Assembly (NCBI GenBank): GCA_027451505.1
Contig: DAIDJD010000143.1
Span: forward strand, 1 to 53,374
DNA from: a candidate division FCPU426 bacterium
Lineage (GTDB): Bacteria > Oederibacteriota > JAJYGY01 > DAIDJD01
DNA length: 53,374 nt
Reading direction: 5' to 3'
In this document: positions 31,502 to 41,973 of the stretch, in pieces
Position numbering within the stretch: position 1 is the first letter of the stretch
How the letters are laid out: each line of letters starts with the position of its first letter
Position numbers and translations under genes: made by a program
Notes under the pieces: model-generated
Seen by the model: the letters and a program-made list of their open reading frames with translations, nothing else
Told to the model about the DNA's origin: nothing
Databases searched by the model: none

Positions 31502-32655
31502 CGGCCCCCTTCCTCGCCGGCCAAGCGGCGTGCGAAGGCGCGGAAGGCGGGCGGGTCGAGCTCATGGATGCGGCCCTCGTCGCAGGCCAGGGCCACGGCC
31601 GGGTCCACGGGCAGGCTGCCCCAATACGGCACCCCGTGCTCCTCGGCGGTGCGCGCGCCCAGCAGCGGCCCGAAGAGGTAGTAGGGATCGCGGCGCTCGG
31701 GGATCTGGACATAGGCCAGGTTCTCCACCAGCCCCAGGACAGGCACCCGCAGGGTCTTGGCCATGCCTAGGCTCTTGGCCACGATCATCCCCACCAGGGA
31801 CTGCGGCGTGGTCACGATGACGACCCCGTCCAAAGGCAGGCTCTGGTAGATGGTGAGGGTGGCGTCCCCGGTCCCCGGGGGCATGTCCACGAGCAGGTAC
31901 TCCAGCCCTTCCCAAGCCGCGTTGGCGTAGAGCTGGCGGATGGCGCCGTTGATGAGGGGCCCGCGCCAGATGACCGGGGCCTTCTCGTCGCCCAACAGCA
32001 GGTTCATGCTCAGCACCCGCACCCCGGATCGGGTTTCCACGGGCACCAGCACGTCGCCCTCGCCTTCCTTCACGCGGGGGCGCTCCTCGGTTCCGAAGAT
32101 GCGCGCGATGCTGGGCCCGGTGATGTCGGCGTCGAGGATGCCGGTGGGGTGCCCCTCCCGGACAAGGGCGCAGGCCAGTTGGGCCGTCACGCTGCTCTTG
32201 CCCACCCCGCCCTTGCCCGAACCCACCGCCACCACATGGGGTACCTTCTTGGCCAGCAGGTTGATGCCCCCCGCGTTGCCGGTGAGCTTGCCCGCGGTGG
32301 CCCCCGGGCCGGCCGGCCCAGGCTCGGCCCCCGGGCCGCTCCCGCCGCGCGATCCTATGGCCTGGGACTTCTGGGCCCCCAGACGGCGCTTGAGCCGGTC
32401 GAGTTCCTCGGCGCTCAGGGCCCCCAAGGTGAGCTCCAGGCGGGCCTTGGGCATGGCCTTGCGCACCGCCTCCTCCACCTCCCGGCGGATCTGCTCCTTG
32501 AGCGGGCAGCCCGGGATGGTCAGGTCCACGCCGACTTCAACGAGGTCGCCGGAGACCTCGACTTTTTTGACCAAGCCCAGATCGATGATGGATAGGCCCA
32601 ATTCCGGGTCGATGACCTCGCGAAGGGACTCCAGAATCCGCGTTCGGGAAGACAT
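31498..32655 (-). CDS. mrp: Mrp/ApbC/NBP35 family ATPase with N-terminal DUF59 domain
   Basis: DPELG...LTIPGCPL, SGKGGVGKS, DADITGPS, VIWRGP, DMPPGTGD, VTTPQ, VENL. Confidence 0.92.
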   Translation of the reverse strand: MSSRTRILESLREVIDPELGLSIIDLGLVKKVEVSGDLVEVGVDLTIPGCPLKEQIRREVEEAVRKAMPKARLELTLGALSAEELDRLKRRLGAQKSQAIGSRGGSGPGAEPGPAGPGATAGKLTGNAGGINLLAKKVPHVVAVGSGKGGVGKSSVTAQLACALVREGHPTGILDADITGPSIARIFGTEERPRVKEGEGDVLVPVETRSGVRVLSMNLLLGDEKAPVIWRGPLINGAIRQLYANAAWEGLEYLLVDMPPGTGDATLTIYQSLPLDGVVIVTTPQSLVGMIVAKSLGMAKTLRVPVLGLVENLAYVQIPERRDPYYLFGPLLGARTAEEHGVPYWGSLPVDPAVALACDEGRIHELDPPAFRAFARRLAGEEGGR

Positions 32656-32821
32656 AAGCGCTTTTTTCCTCCAGGGTCGGGGAGGACCAGCCTAACGCGG
32701 GCCCCCGCGTTCCGCAAGGCGGACCCCGGGGACGCGCCGCGCCAGGAAACGCCTCGCCAAAGTCCTCGCCCCTTTGCTACGATAACCGGGCCCAAAGCAA
32801 TTCCCACCCGAAGGAGCCCGC

Positions 32822-35050
32822 ATGCGGCCGTCCAAACGTTTCCTGCTGTTCGCCCTGGCCCTGGCCTTCACGGCCCGCCTGTCCGCAGACATCACCACGG
32901 TCTACAATTTCGAGCACGGCACGGACGGCTTCGACGGCAACACCTCGACCTCGACGCTGTGGGCAAGTTCGGGCCAGCACTCGCTCGCCATCGACGCCAC
33001 GGGCTCCACGGGGTGGAACCAGAACCTGGCGGTGAACGGGAGCAACAACGTCGACTGGACCCACGCGGTGGAGTTCCTCTGCGACGTGTACATGCCCGCG
33101 GGCACCAAGGCCGCGGCCACCTACGTGCAGTTCATCCCGACCTTCTCCGGACCGGTAAACAGCTTCTACCAAGCCGGCAAGGTGGACCTCGTCGACGGGG
33201 TCAACCACGTCGCCCTGAAGATCAACGGCTCTCAGATCACCACGCCCTGGAAGATCTACCTGATCCTCAACACCGGCGGGGCCATCCCCGGCAAGATCTA
33301 CGTCGACGACATCCGCATGCGCACCCCGGGCAAGCCCGGGCGCCTGACGCTGACCCTGCGCACCCCCTACGGGTCCCCGGTCCCGGGCGTGGTAGTGGCC
33401 GCGGGCACGGCAGCGGTGACCACGGATTCCGGGGGCCGGGCCGTGCTGGCCCTGCCCAGCGACAACTATGACGCCGAGGTGCTGGGGTCCGACGTCGTGG
33501 ACACGCCCTTCACGGCCCGCGTGCCCGTCGGCGACGGCAGCCAGGAGGTGACGGTCTCGTACCTTCCGCGCACGCCCCCGCGCCGGGCCCAAGTGGTGGT
33601 CCGCGCCGGGTCCGTCCTGCGCCCCTTCGACGCCGACCATGTCTACGGCCACAACCTGGCCATGTGGAGCGGCCTGGATCCCTTCACCAACCCGATCCAA
33701 AAGGCCAAGCTGCTGGCCATACGCACCCGCCTCATCCGCCTGCCCGGCGGCGAATACGGCAACCAATGGAACTGGCGCACGGGCGGCATCTTCAAGCAGA
33801 CCGCCGATGCGCCCCTGGACTGGACGCCCGAGGCCAACTGGGACGTCTGGAAGACCTTCCTCCACGGCCTGGGCCCCCAGACCGAGGCCCTCATGATCCT
33901 CAACGTGTTCCAGAGCACGCCGCAGGAACAGGTGGCTTGGATCCGCAACGCCTTGGACTCGGGCCTGAAGGTCCCCTACGTGGAGTTGGGCAACGAGCCC
34001 GACCTGGACCCGAACCGCTACATGTCCGGGGTCCCGGGCGGCTCCACGGTGCTGTCGAACTACGTGCGCACGGTGCTGCCCTTCGCCCGGGCCGTGCGCG
34101 CCGCCTTCCCGAACATCAAGATCCTGGGACCGGTGATCGCCCAGATCGACGACCCGGTCTGCCCGGGCAAGCACCCCTGGGACTGCTACCAGTACGTCAA
34201 CGGGGAGCAGGTCGACAACACCCGGGACAACTGGATCCACAAATTCCTGGCCCTCTATTCCAGCCTGGGCGGCCCCCTGGACGGGGTGAGCTTCCACAGC
34301 TACCCGTTCTACGAGAAGTGGGACAACCACCCCACCGGGTACTGGGACGCCACGCAGGCCTGGACCAAGATCCCCAAGCTGGTCCCCTGGATGCGGCGCT
34401 ATGAGAAGTGGATGGCCCAGTACTACCCCTCCCAGGCCGGCCGCATGGAACTGGGCATGACCGAGTTCAACATGCAGGTCGACGAGACCTGGGCCACGGC
34501 GGCGGTGGAGGACGCGGTGTGGAACGCGGCCTACCTCGGCGAGTTCATCCGGGGCGGCGGCACCCTGGCCACGGACTGGGACATCAACACCGAGAAGCCC
34601 ACGGACGGCGGCGGCCACGGGTTCCTGGACCCCAACAACGACCCCACCCGCCCCTACGCCGAACGCGCCCGGTACTGGCTGTATAAGATGATGGCCAACA
34701 ACTTCACCGGGGATCTGGTGCGCTCCACGAGCAGCTCCCCCATGGTGGAGGTCTACGCCGCCAGCGACCGGGGACGGGTGACGGTCCTGCTCATCAACCA
34801 CGACGAGAACCGCCCCGCGGACGCGACGCTCTACGTCGCCGGCGCCGGGGACGCCACCCGGCTCAGGGTGATGAGCCTCTCGCGGCGCAACTACCTGTGG
34901 AGCAAGGTCCTCTACCGCGCCGTGCTCAACCTGGACCCCACCGTCCCCCCGCAGGTCAAGGTCTACGGGGTCCCGCCCGAGCGCTCGGGCTGGCGCGTCT
35001 ACACCCAGCACCTCGACCCGATGAGCGTGACCATGGCGGTGTTCGAATAG
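32822..35050 (+). CDS. Secreted multidomain glycoside hydrolase (clan GH-A-like)
   Basis: Signal peptide; N-terminal beta-sandwich ending IYVDDI; Ig-like linker domain; IRLPGG, ELGNEPD (acid/base), GVSFHSYP, GMTEFN (nucleophile); C-terminal beta domain. Confidence 0.82.
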   Translation: MRPSKRFLLFALALAFTARLSADITTVYNFEHGTDGFDGNTSTSTLWASSGQHSLAIDATGSTGWNQNLAVNGSNNVDWTHAVEFLCDVYMPAGTKAAATYVQFIPTFSGPVNSFYQAGKVDLVDGVNHVALKINGSQITTPWKIYLILNTGGAIPGKIYVDDIRMRTPGKPGRLTLTLRTPYGSPVPGVVVAAGTAAVTTDSGGRAVLALPSDNYDAEVLGSDVVDTPFTARVPVGDGSQEVTVSYLPRTPPRRAQVVVRAGSVLRPFDADHVYGHNLAMWSGLDPFTNPIQKAKLLAIRTRLIRLPGGEYGNQWNWRTGGIFKQTADAPLDWTPEANWDVWKTFLHGLGPQTEALMILNVFQSTPQEQVAWIRNALDSGLKVPYVELGNEPDLDPNRYMSGVPGGSTVLSNYVRTVLPFARAVRAAFPNIKILGPVIAQIDDPVCPGKHPWDCYQYVNGEQVDNTRDNWIHKFLALYSSLGGPLDGVSFHSYPFYEKWDNHPTGYWDATQAWTKIPKLVPWMRRYEKWMAQYYPSQAGRMELGMTEFNMQVDETWATAAVEDAVWNAAYLGEFIRGGGTLATDWDINTEKPTDGGGHGFLDPNNDPTRPYAERARYWLYKMMANNFTGDLVRSTSSSPMVEVYAASDRGRVTVLLINHDENRPADATLYVAGAGDATRLRVMSLSRRNYLWSKVLYRAVLNLDPTVPPQVKVYGVPPERSGWRVYTQHLDPMSVTMAVFE

Positions 35051-35091
35051 CCCGCCGGGCCGGCCCACCGCCGCCCGCCGCCCCGAAAACA

Positions 35092-35124
35092 AGGAAGCCC
35101 GGCGCCAAAGGCGCCGGGCTTCCT
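35092..35124. terminator. Hairpin terminator between convergent genes
   Basis: AGGAAGCCCGGCGCC-aaa-GGCGCCGGGCTTCCT; T-rich tail on the minus strand. Confidence 0.8.
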
Positions 35125-35150
35125 CCATTTAAGGACCCCTTGGGGCCGCC

Positions 35151-35561
35151 TTAGGGGCGGGATCCCGGCCCCGCCGCGCCTGCGGGAAGCTGCTTGGCGA
35201 TCTCGCCGGGGTCCGAGGACTCGTAGGTGTAGCTGCTGACCACGCCCTTGGAGTTGAAGACCACGTCGAGGTTCTTCACGGTGGAGGCCCCGAAGGCGCT
35301 GTAGTGGTAGTAGGCGTAGGCCCACTTCTCGGAGCCGTCGTCGTACCCCACCCGGGTGGGCCGACCGAACTCGGCGACCAGATCGGCCTTGTCGGTCTTG
35401 CCCACGGTGATGGAACCGGGGCCGGGGAAGGCGAAGGGAGTCCCCAAGGTGGCGCAGGCCGAAGCCAAAAGGGGCAGGGCGGAGACGAGGGCCAGGGCGC
35501 GAAGCCTGGCGTACGGGACGGGGACGGGCACGGCGTACCTCCTGGGGGTTCGGGACATCAT
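35151..35561 (-). CDS. Lipoprotein, BamE/SmpA-like domain
   Basis: Lipobox LASAC; ITVGKTDKADLVAEFGRP...WAYAY...LDVVFNSKGVV. Confidence 0.78.
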   Translation of the reverse strand: MMSRTPRRYAVPVPVPYARLRALALVSALPLLASACATLGTPFAFPGPGSITVGKTDKADLVAEFGRPTRVGYDDGSEKWAYAYYHYSAFGASTVKNLDVVFNSKGVVSSYTYESSDPGEIAKQLPAGAAGPGSRP

Positions 35562-36091
35562 TCCTTCCACTTGATGGTGCAGCCCACGGCGAAGGTCTCG
35601 GGAAGGCGCACGGGGCGCCCCGCCAGGACGTCGTCGACCGCCTCGCGGAGCTCGCTGCGGGTGACCTTGGCGGGGTTGTCCCAACTGTCGTCGATGCGGC
35701 CCACGTAGGCCAGGCGCCGGGCGCCGTCGAAAAGGAAGACGTGGGGGGTGCGCACCGCCCCATAGGCGCGGGCCACCGCCTGGCTTTCGTCGCGCAGATA
35801 AGGGAAGTTGAAGCCCCGCTCCGCGGCCCGCGCACGCATGGCCTCGAAGGAATCCTCGGGGTAGCCCTCGGCGTCGTTGGAATTCACCGCCACGAGTTGG
35901 AAGCCCTTGGGGCCCAGTTCGGCCTGCATCGCGACGAAGCGGCCCTCGTAGGCCTTGACGTAGGGGCAGTGGTTGCAGGAAAAGACCACGCACAGGGCCT
36001 TGGCGTCCCCGAAGGAGGCCAGGGTCCGCACGCCGCCGTCCACCCCGGGGAGGCTGAAGTCCGGGGCCTTGGAACCGAGTTCAAGCATCAT
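35558..36091 (-). CDS. Thioredoxin-like AhpC/TSA family protein
   Basis: APDFSLP, FSCNHCPYV, FPYLRDESQ, GRIDD, GCTIKW. Confidence 0.93.
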   Translation of the reverse strand: MMLELGSKAPDFSLPGVDGGVRTLASFGDAKALCVVFSCNHCPYVKAYEGRFVAMQAELGPKGFQLVAVNSNDAEGYPEDSFEAMRARAAERGFNFPYLRDESQAVARAYGAVRTPHVFLFDGARRLAYVGRIDDSWDNPAKVTRSELREAVDDVLAGRPVRLPETFAVGCTIKWKE

Positions 36092-36125
36092 GCGCTCCCC
36101 CTCATGGGCCCGGGCAAAGCCCGGG

Positions 36126-36596
36126 CTACTGCACCGCCAGGAGTTCGACGTCGAAGACCAGGGTGGCGTCGGGCGGGATGGGCCCCTGGCCGGTGTCGCC
36201 GTATCCCAGGTAGGGCGGGATGACCAGTTCCCGCTTGCCCCCGACGCGCATGCCGTTGAGGCCCATGTCCCAGCCCTTGATGACCTGGCCCGCCCCCATG
36301 GTGAAGGTGAAGGGCCCGCGGCCGTAGCTGCTGTCGAACTGGGCCCCGGTGAGCAGGCGGCCGGTGTAGTTGACGGTCACGGTCTTGCCCGGCGCGGCCT
36401 CGGCGCCGGTCCCCAGAACCAGGTCCGTGATCTTGAGGCTGCCCAGGCCGGGATCCGGGGTGGCCGCCGGGGACGGGCTCGGGGCCGGCGTGGGCGTGGA
36501 CGCCGGCTGCGGGGCCGGCGAAGAGGCGCATCCGAAGGCCAATCCGGCGGCGAGCAGGAGGGCGGTCAGGGTGGGCGGAGACGCGTACCGGGTCAT
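36126..36596 (-). CDS. FKBP-type peptidyl-prolyl isomerase, lipoprotein
   Basis: Lipobox LAFGC; [37 protein letters not shown]. Confidence 0.95.
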   Translation of the reverse strand: MTRYASPPTLTALLLAAGLAFGCASSPAPQPASTPTPAPSPSPAATPDPGLGSLKITDLVLGTGAEAAPGKTVTVNYTGRLLTGAQFDSSYGRGPFTFTMGAGQVIKGWDMGLNGMRVGGKRELVIPPYLGYGDTGQGPIPPDATLVFDVELLAVQ

Positions 36597-36630
36597 GGTC
36601 TTACCTCGAGAGGGCGCCCGCGGGCGGGGT

Positions 36631-37218
36631 TCAAGCCAGCCCGAGGAAGGCGAAGAATTCGTCGCGGGTTCCGGTGCTGTGCGCGCGGTTCCAAGCGCTG
36701 ACCTTGGCCGCCCAGGCCGCGTCCTGGCGGTCGTCCCAGCGCCAGTCGGCCGCCAATTCCGCCACCGTGTTGCGGCCGTCGAGCTCGTAGGGGCAGGGCA
36801 GGGCAGGGTTGATGGAAAGCGAGCTGACCCGGCGGCCGGAGGCGTCGAAGCCCAGGGTGAAGGGCCAGACCCTGCAGGTCACCGGCCTGTGGGCGTAGGC
36901 CGAACAGCGGTCGCCCACGAAGAAGCGGCAGGCTTCGCGCCCGTTGGCCCGGTCCTGGCGCTTCAGCAGCCCCAGCGTGCGCCGGCCGCCCTCCAGGTTG
37001 GCGAACTGCAGCCCCTCGCCCTTGTCGTCGAAGTCGGATTCGCGGTAGAGGGTGGCCACGTCGGCGGCCTTGAGTCCCATCCCCGCGGCCAAGCGCCGCA
37101 CATCCTCGTCCGTGACCGGGACGATGGTGTCGCTGCAGCAGTTGCCGCATTCGGTGCAGCGGAATTTCAGGTAGCGTTCGCCCCGCATGCGGGGCCGGCG
37201 GGCGTGGTAGGGGTTCAT
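36631..37218 (-). CDS. YkgJ family cysteine cluster (CxxCxxCC) protein
   Basis: [30 protein letters not shown]. Confidence 0.92.
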   Translation of the reverse strand: MNPYHARRPRMRGERYLKFRCTECGNCCSDTIVPVTDEDVRRLAAGMGLKAADVATLYRESDFDDKGEGLQFANLEGGRRTLGLLKRQDRANGREACRFFVGDRCSAYAHRPVTCRVWPFTLGFDASGRRVSSLSINPALPCPYELDGRNTVAELAADWRWDDRQDAAWAAKVSAWNRAHSTGTRDEFFAFLGLA

Positions 37219-37234
37219 GCTCTCCGGGTGGCCG

Positions 37235-38473
37235 TCAGGCCGGTTCGACGTAGTCCAGGTCCTTGTGGAAGCTTTCCTCCAGCCCGGAAAGCCCCCACAG
37301 GCCCAGGGCGAAGACGGCCGCCCCCACCACCAGGGCCGACGCCGTCGGCGTCAGCGCGCGGGACTGGAGCCAGGCGAAGGCCAGCGTCATCGGCACGGTG
37401 GCACCGCGGACCATGTTGGGCACGGTGGTGGCCACGGTGGCGCGGATGTTGGTCCCGAACTGCTCCGCGCCGATGGTCACGAACAGGGCCCAATAGCCCC
37501 CGGTCAGGCCCAGCGCCAGGCAGCAGGCGTAGAAGGCCCGCTGCGAATCCCGCCCCAGCAGGAAGTAGGCGCCCACGCCCAGGGCCTGGGCCAGCATGAA
37601 GAGGGCCACCGCCTTGACCCGGCTGCGCAGCGCCTGGCTGAGCATGCCGCTGAGGAAGTCCCCCGCGGCCAAGCCCACGTAGCACAGCGCCACGGCCGGC
37701 CCCGCCTTGGGCGCCGGGTTTAGGCCCAAGGATGCGCCTATCTCCGGGCTGAAGATGATGAGGATGCCCACCAAGTACCAAAGCGGCAGCCCTATGGCCA
37801 CCACCCGAAGGTATTTGAGCGCCCGGCCCCGGTCCGTGAAGAGCATGAGGAAGTCGCCGCGCCGGGCCGCGGAGGCCTCGGCCTTGCGGAACAGGCCGCT
37901 TTCGGCGGCCCCCAGCCGCAGCAGCAGCAGGGCCAGGCCCAGCCCGCCGCCGATGACATAGGCGTGGCGCCAAGTGGTGAGGTCGGCCACGCCGAAGCCC
38001 ACCACCGCGCCCAGGATGCCCACCGCGGCGACGATGCTGGTGCCCCAGCCCCGGCTCTCCTTTGGCATCACCTCGCTGACCAGGGTGATGCCGGCGCCCA
38101 GTTCCCCGGCCAGGCCCACGCCGGCGGCCAGACGCAGCCAGGCGTACTGGTCCACGGTGGTCACCAAGCCGTTGGCCAGGTTGGCGATGGAATAAAGGAT
38201 GATCGAACCGAACAGGACCGAGAGCCGGCCGCGCCTGTCCCCCAACACCCCCCACAGGATGCCACCCAGCAGCAGCCCGCCCATCTGCATGTTCTCGAGG
38301 AAGGCGCCGGCGCGGAAGAGGTCCGCCGGGGCCACCCCCAGGCCCTTGAGGCTGGCTACGCGCACCATGCCGAACAGCAGCAGGTCGTAGATGTCGACGA
38401 AGTAGCCCAGGGCCGCGACCAAGATCAAAAGCAGGACCTGGCGCCGCTGCGCTGGGGGGAGCGAACCGAACAC
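37235..38473 (-). CDS. MFS transporter
   Basis: ALGYFVDIYDLL, motif A GVLGDRRGRL, EQFGTNIRAT; about 12 TM. Start chosen at the GTG after GGAGG. Confidence 0.93.
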   Translation of the reverse strand: MFGSLPPAQRRQVLLLILVAALGYFVDIYDLLLFGMVRVASLKGLGVAPADLFRAGAFLENMQMGGLLLGGILWGVLGDRRGRLSVLFGSIILYSIANLANGLVTTVDQYAWLRLAAGVGLAGELGAGITLVSEVMPKESRGWGTSIVAAVGILGAVVGFGVADLTTWRHAYVIGGGLGLALLLLRLGAAESGLFRKAEASAARRGDFLMLFTDRGRALKYLRVVAIGLPLWYLVGILIIFSPEIGASLGLNPAPKAGPAVALCYVGLAAGDFLSGMLSQALRSRVKAVALFMLAQALGVGAYFLLGRDSQRAFYACCLALGLTGGYWALFVTIGAEQFGTNIRATVATTVPNMVRGATVPMTLAFAWLQSRALTPTASALVVGAAVFALGLWGLSGLEESFHKDLDYVEPA

Positions 38474-38554
38474 GCGCACCTCCGGGAAGGACGCCAGGGT
38501 AGCGGAGCCGGCGGTGGGGCGCAAGCCCCTAGGCCCGGACCGGTCCGGGGCGTG

Positions 38555-40642
38555 TCAGGCCGCGGCCCGTCCCGAGCGCATCGCGGCGCAGGGCTTGAGC
38601 CATGGGGCGACGCGGGCCAACTCGTCGGCCCGGTCGGCCCAGCGGGGCAGGCCGCGCACCCCGGCCAAACGCAGGGGCCCACCCTTGTAGGGCGGGAACC
38701 CGGTGCCGTAGATCATGGCCAAGTCCAGGAGCCCGGGGTCCGACACCAGACCCTCGTCCATGGCCCGCAGCGACTCGTTGAGCATGGCCAAATAGAGCCG
38801 GTCCTCCAGGTCGGGGGCCGGCATCCCGGGGTCGGGCCGTCCCACCCAGGCGCGGATGCGCGCCGCGTCCACGGACAGGCGCCCATCGGCGCCGCGGGGG
38901 AAGGCCGAAGCGAGGTCCTCGCGGTTCACCCAATCGGGCGCCGGGAGGTGGTCCCCGAAGGCCCCTCGCAGGATGCCCAGCACGTGCTTGATCACCGGCA
39001 CGCCCACCTCGCCGATGAGCTTGATCGGACCCACCGGCATGCCGAACTCGAGGGCCGCGGAATCCACGGTCCGGGGGTCGACGCCCTCGGCCACGAGTTG
39101 GGTGGCCTCCAGGATGTAGGGCAGCAGGATTCGGTTGACCAGGAAGCCGGGGCTGTCCTTGACCACCACCGGGGTCTTGCCCATGCGCAGGGCCAGGTCC
39201 ACGGCCGCGGCCACCGTCTTGGGCGAACTGCGCGGGCCCGGGATCACCTCCACCAGGGGCATGACCTCGGCGGGGCTGAAGAAATGCATCCCCACGAAAC
39301 GCTCCGGATGCCGGGCCTTCGCGGCGATGTCCGCTATGGGCAGGGTACTGGTGTTGCTGCCCAGCACCGCGGCCTCCGGGACCAGGGCCTCAAGCTCGGC
39401 GAAGACCGCGTGCTTGATCTCGAGCACCTCGGGCACGGCCTCGATGACGAAGTCGACGCGCCGCAGGTCCTGGGCCTCGGCGCCCGGGGCCAGCAGGTTG
39501 AACCCCGCCGCCGCCTGCACCGGGGTGAGCTTCCGCTTCGCCACGGCCTTGTCCAGGTGGCCGCGCACCTTCTTGAGGGCCCGGCCCAGAACCTCCAGGT
39601 TGGCTTCCTTCAGCGCCGTGGGCAGCTTGGCCTTGGTCACCAGCGGGATGGCGATGCCCGAACCCATGAACCCGGCGCCGACCACGGCCGCGCGGGCGGC
39701 GCTGGGGGAGCCCTCCCCGGCCTGCTTCTTGGCGTCCTGCCCCAGGAAAAAGATCCTCACCAGGTTGCGGCTGACATCGGTGGCGAGCAGTTCGCCCAGG
39801 GCCCGCGCCTCCCGCTCGAGGTAGGCCGCCCGGCCGCCCGAACGGTCGCCCAGGAGCGCCAGGACCTTGAGGGGGGCGGGGTAGCGGCCCTTGGTCTTGG
39901 CCAGGACGTCCTTGCGGGCCTTGGAAAGCGCCAAGCTCCGTAGGGGGGCGGAATCCAGGACCCGGTTCATCCTCGGGATCCGGGCCCGCCTCACCCGGGC
40001 CGCGCGCTCCGGGGCGCCGGGCCGGGCCAGGGAGAGGGCGAGTTCCTCGGCCACCTGGACCAAGCGCGGCAGGGGCGCCAGGGTGTCGGCCAGGCCCGCC
40101 TTGAGGGCCCGCCGGGGGTCGAACGGCGCCCCGGTGAGGATGGCCGGAAGGGCGGCAGGGAGGGTCAGCAGCCGCGGCAACCGCCAGGTCCCGCCGAAGC
40201 CGGGCAGGATGCCCAACTGGGTCTCGGGCAGTCCGACGCTGGCGCCTTCCTCGGCCAGGACGCGCGCCGTGCAGGCCAGGGCAAGTTCGCATCCCCCGCC
40301 CAGGGCCGCGCCGTGGACCGCCGCCACCACGGGCTTGCCCAAGTCCTCGACCAGGTCCATGAGGCCCTGGCCCTCGCGGGCGGCCCGGTACCCGGCCTGC
40401 GCCGCGTCGGCGGCCTCGGAAAGGGCCTTGAGCTCGCGCAGGTCGGCCCCGGCCAGGAAACCCCCGGGCTTGGCCGAACGCACCACCACCGCCCTCACCG
40501 CGGCGTCGGATTTGAGAGCGGCGAAGCGCTCCTTGAGCTCGGCGATCATGGCCGCGCCCAGGGTGTTGAGCTTGGCCTCGGGGTCGTCCAGCACGAGATG
40601 GGCGACGGCCCCGCTGGTTTCCAGGGTGGTCTTGGGTGCCAC
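38555..40642 (-). CDS. fadJ: Fatty acid oxidation complex alpha subunit (enoyl-CoA hydratase / 3-hydroxyacyl-CoA dehydrogenase)
   Basis: GGGCELALAC, GLPETQLGILPGFGG, GAGFMGSGIA, IEAVPE, SNTS, MHFFSP, GFLVNRIL. Confidence 0.92.
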   Translation of the reverse strand: MAPKTTLETSGAVAHLVLDDPEAKLNTLGAAMIAELKERFAALKSDAAVRAVVVRSAKPGGFLAGADLRELKALSEAADAAQAGYRAAREGQGLMDLVEDLGKPVVAAVHGAALGGGCELALACTARVLAEEGASVGLPETQLGILPGFGGTWRLPRLLTLPAALPAILTGAPFDPRRALKAGLADTLAPLPRLVQVAEELALSLARPGAPERAARVRRARIPRMNRVLDSAPLRSLALSKARKDVLAKTKGRYPAPLKVLALLGDRSGGRAAYLEREARALGELLATDVSRNLVRIFFLGQDAKKQAGEGSPSAARAAVVGAGFMGSGIAIPLVTKAKLPTALKEANLEVLGRALKKVRGHLDKAVAKRKLTPVQAAAGFNLLAPGAEAQDLRRVDFVIEAVPEVLEIKHAVFAELEALVPEAAVLGSNTSTLPIADIAAKARHPERFVGMHFFSPAEVMPLVEVIPGPRSSPKTVAAAVDLALRMGKTPVVVKDSPGFLVNRILLPYILEATQLVAEGVDPRTVDSAALEFGMPVGPIKLIGEVGVPVIKHVLGILRGAFGDHLPAPDWVNREDLASAFPRGADGRLSVDAARIRAWVGRPDPGMPAPDLEDRLYLAMLNESLRAMDEGLVSDPGLLDLAMIYGTGFPPYKGGPLRLAGVRGLPRWADRADELARVAPWLKPCAAMRSGRAAA

Positions 40643-40668
40643 GGCGTCGGACCTGAGAGGAGGGGGCT

Positions 40669-41973
40669 TCAGCGGGTGTGTTCGTCGCGTTCGAGGACGA
40701 AGGCGGCGCCCTGGCCGCCCCCCACGCACAGCGTGGCCAATCCGCGGGCCGCGCGGCGCTCGATGAGTTCGTGCGCCAGGGTCAGCAGCAGGCGACCGCC
40801 CGAACTGCCCACGGGATGCCCCAAGGCGATGGCCCCCCCATGGACGTTGAGCCGGGCCGGATCCAGCGCGCCCGCGGCCCGCTTCAGCCCCAGCCGGCCC
40901 ACGGCGATTTTCTCGTCGGCGAAGCCCTTGAGGCAGGCCAACACCTGGGCGGCGAAGGCCTCGTTGATCTCCACGACGTCCATGTCGGCCATGGAAAGGC
41001 CCAGGCCGTCGAACAGGCGCCCCGTGGAGTACACCGGGCCGAGGCCCATGCGCCGCGGGTCGAGGCCGGCGTAGGCTTGGCCGCGCAGGATGGCCAAGGG
41101 TTTGAGTCCCCACGAGAGCGCCCGCTCCATCGTGGTGATGAGCAGGGCCACGGCCCCGTCGGTGATCTGGCTGGAGTTGCCCGCGGTGACCGTGCCGTGC
41201 TCGCGGGCGAAGACGGCCTTGAGCTTGGCCAGCTTCTCGACGCTGCTGTCGGGGCGGATGCCGTTGTCCTTGGTCAGGGGCGCCATCGAGGGGGGCGCGA
41301 AGAGGGGCACGATCTCCCGGTCGAAGCGCCCCGAGGTTTGGGCCTGGGCCGCCTTGAGGTGGGACCGCACCGCGTACTCGTCCTGCTCGCGCCGGCTGAT
41401 CCCGAACTCGTCGGCCAGCAGTTCGGCCGTCTGGCCCATGCCCATGCCGCAGGTGGGGTCGGTGAGCCCCTCCAGCAGCGTGACGCGGGGCTTGAGGAAC
41501 TCCCCCCAGGGCGCCTTCAGCAGGAGCCCGGCCTTCTGCAGGGGCGTCTTGGCCCGGCCCAGGCGGGCGAACCAGGCCACGGCCTTGCGGTTGTAGGCCA
41601 GCGGGGTGTTGCTCAGGCTTTCAGTGCCCCCGGCCACCACCACCTGGGCGCGCCCGCTGAGGATCTGTTCGCAGGCGCTGGTGACCGCCTGCATGGAACT
41701 GGCGCAGTTGCGGTGGACGGTGTAGGCGGGGATGGAGAGGGGCAGCCCGGAGTTGATCTGGGCCACCCGGGCCACGTTGGCCTGGTCGAAGGGCTGCGCC
41801 ACGCAACCGAAGATGATCTCGTCGATCTCCTGGGGGTCCACGCTCACCCGCTTGAGCAGGGCCTGCAGGACCTGGCGGGCCATTTCCCCGGCGCTGGCCT
41901 CCTTGGCGTCGGTGCCGGATTTGAGGAAGGGCGTGCGCACGCCCTCGGCGATGACCAGGATGGGTTGGGACAC
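40669..41973 (-). CDS. fadI: Acetyl-CoA C-acyltransferase (thiolase)
   Basis: GVRTPF, RNCASS, TAGNSS, NEAFA, GGAIALGHP, LCVGGGQG; upstream of the fadJ-like gene. Confidence 0.92.
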   Translation of the reverse strand: MSQPILVIAEGVRTPFLKSGTDAKEASAGEMARQVLQALLKRVSVDPQEIDEIIFGCVAQPFDQANVARVAQINSGLPLSIPAYTVHRNCASSMQAVTSACEQILSGRAQVVVAGGTESLSNTPLAYNRKAVAWFARLGRAKTPLQKAGLLLKAPWGEFLKPRVTLLEGLTDPTCGMGMGQTAELLADEFGISRREQDEYAVRSHLKAAQAQTSGRFDREIVPLFAPPSMAPLTKDNGIRPDSSVEKLAKLKAVFAREHGTVTAGNSSQITDGAVALLITTMERALSWGLKPLAILRGQAYAGLDPRRMGLGPVYSTGRLFDGLGLSMADMDVVEINEAFAAQVLACLKGFADEKIAVGRLGLKRAAGALDPARLNVHGGAIALGHPVGSSGGRLLLTLAHELIERRAARGLATLCVGGGQGAAFVLERDEHTR

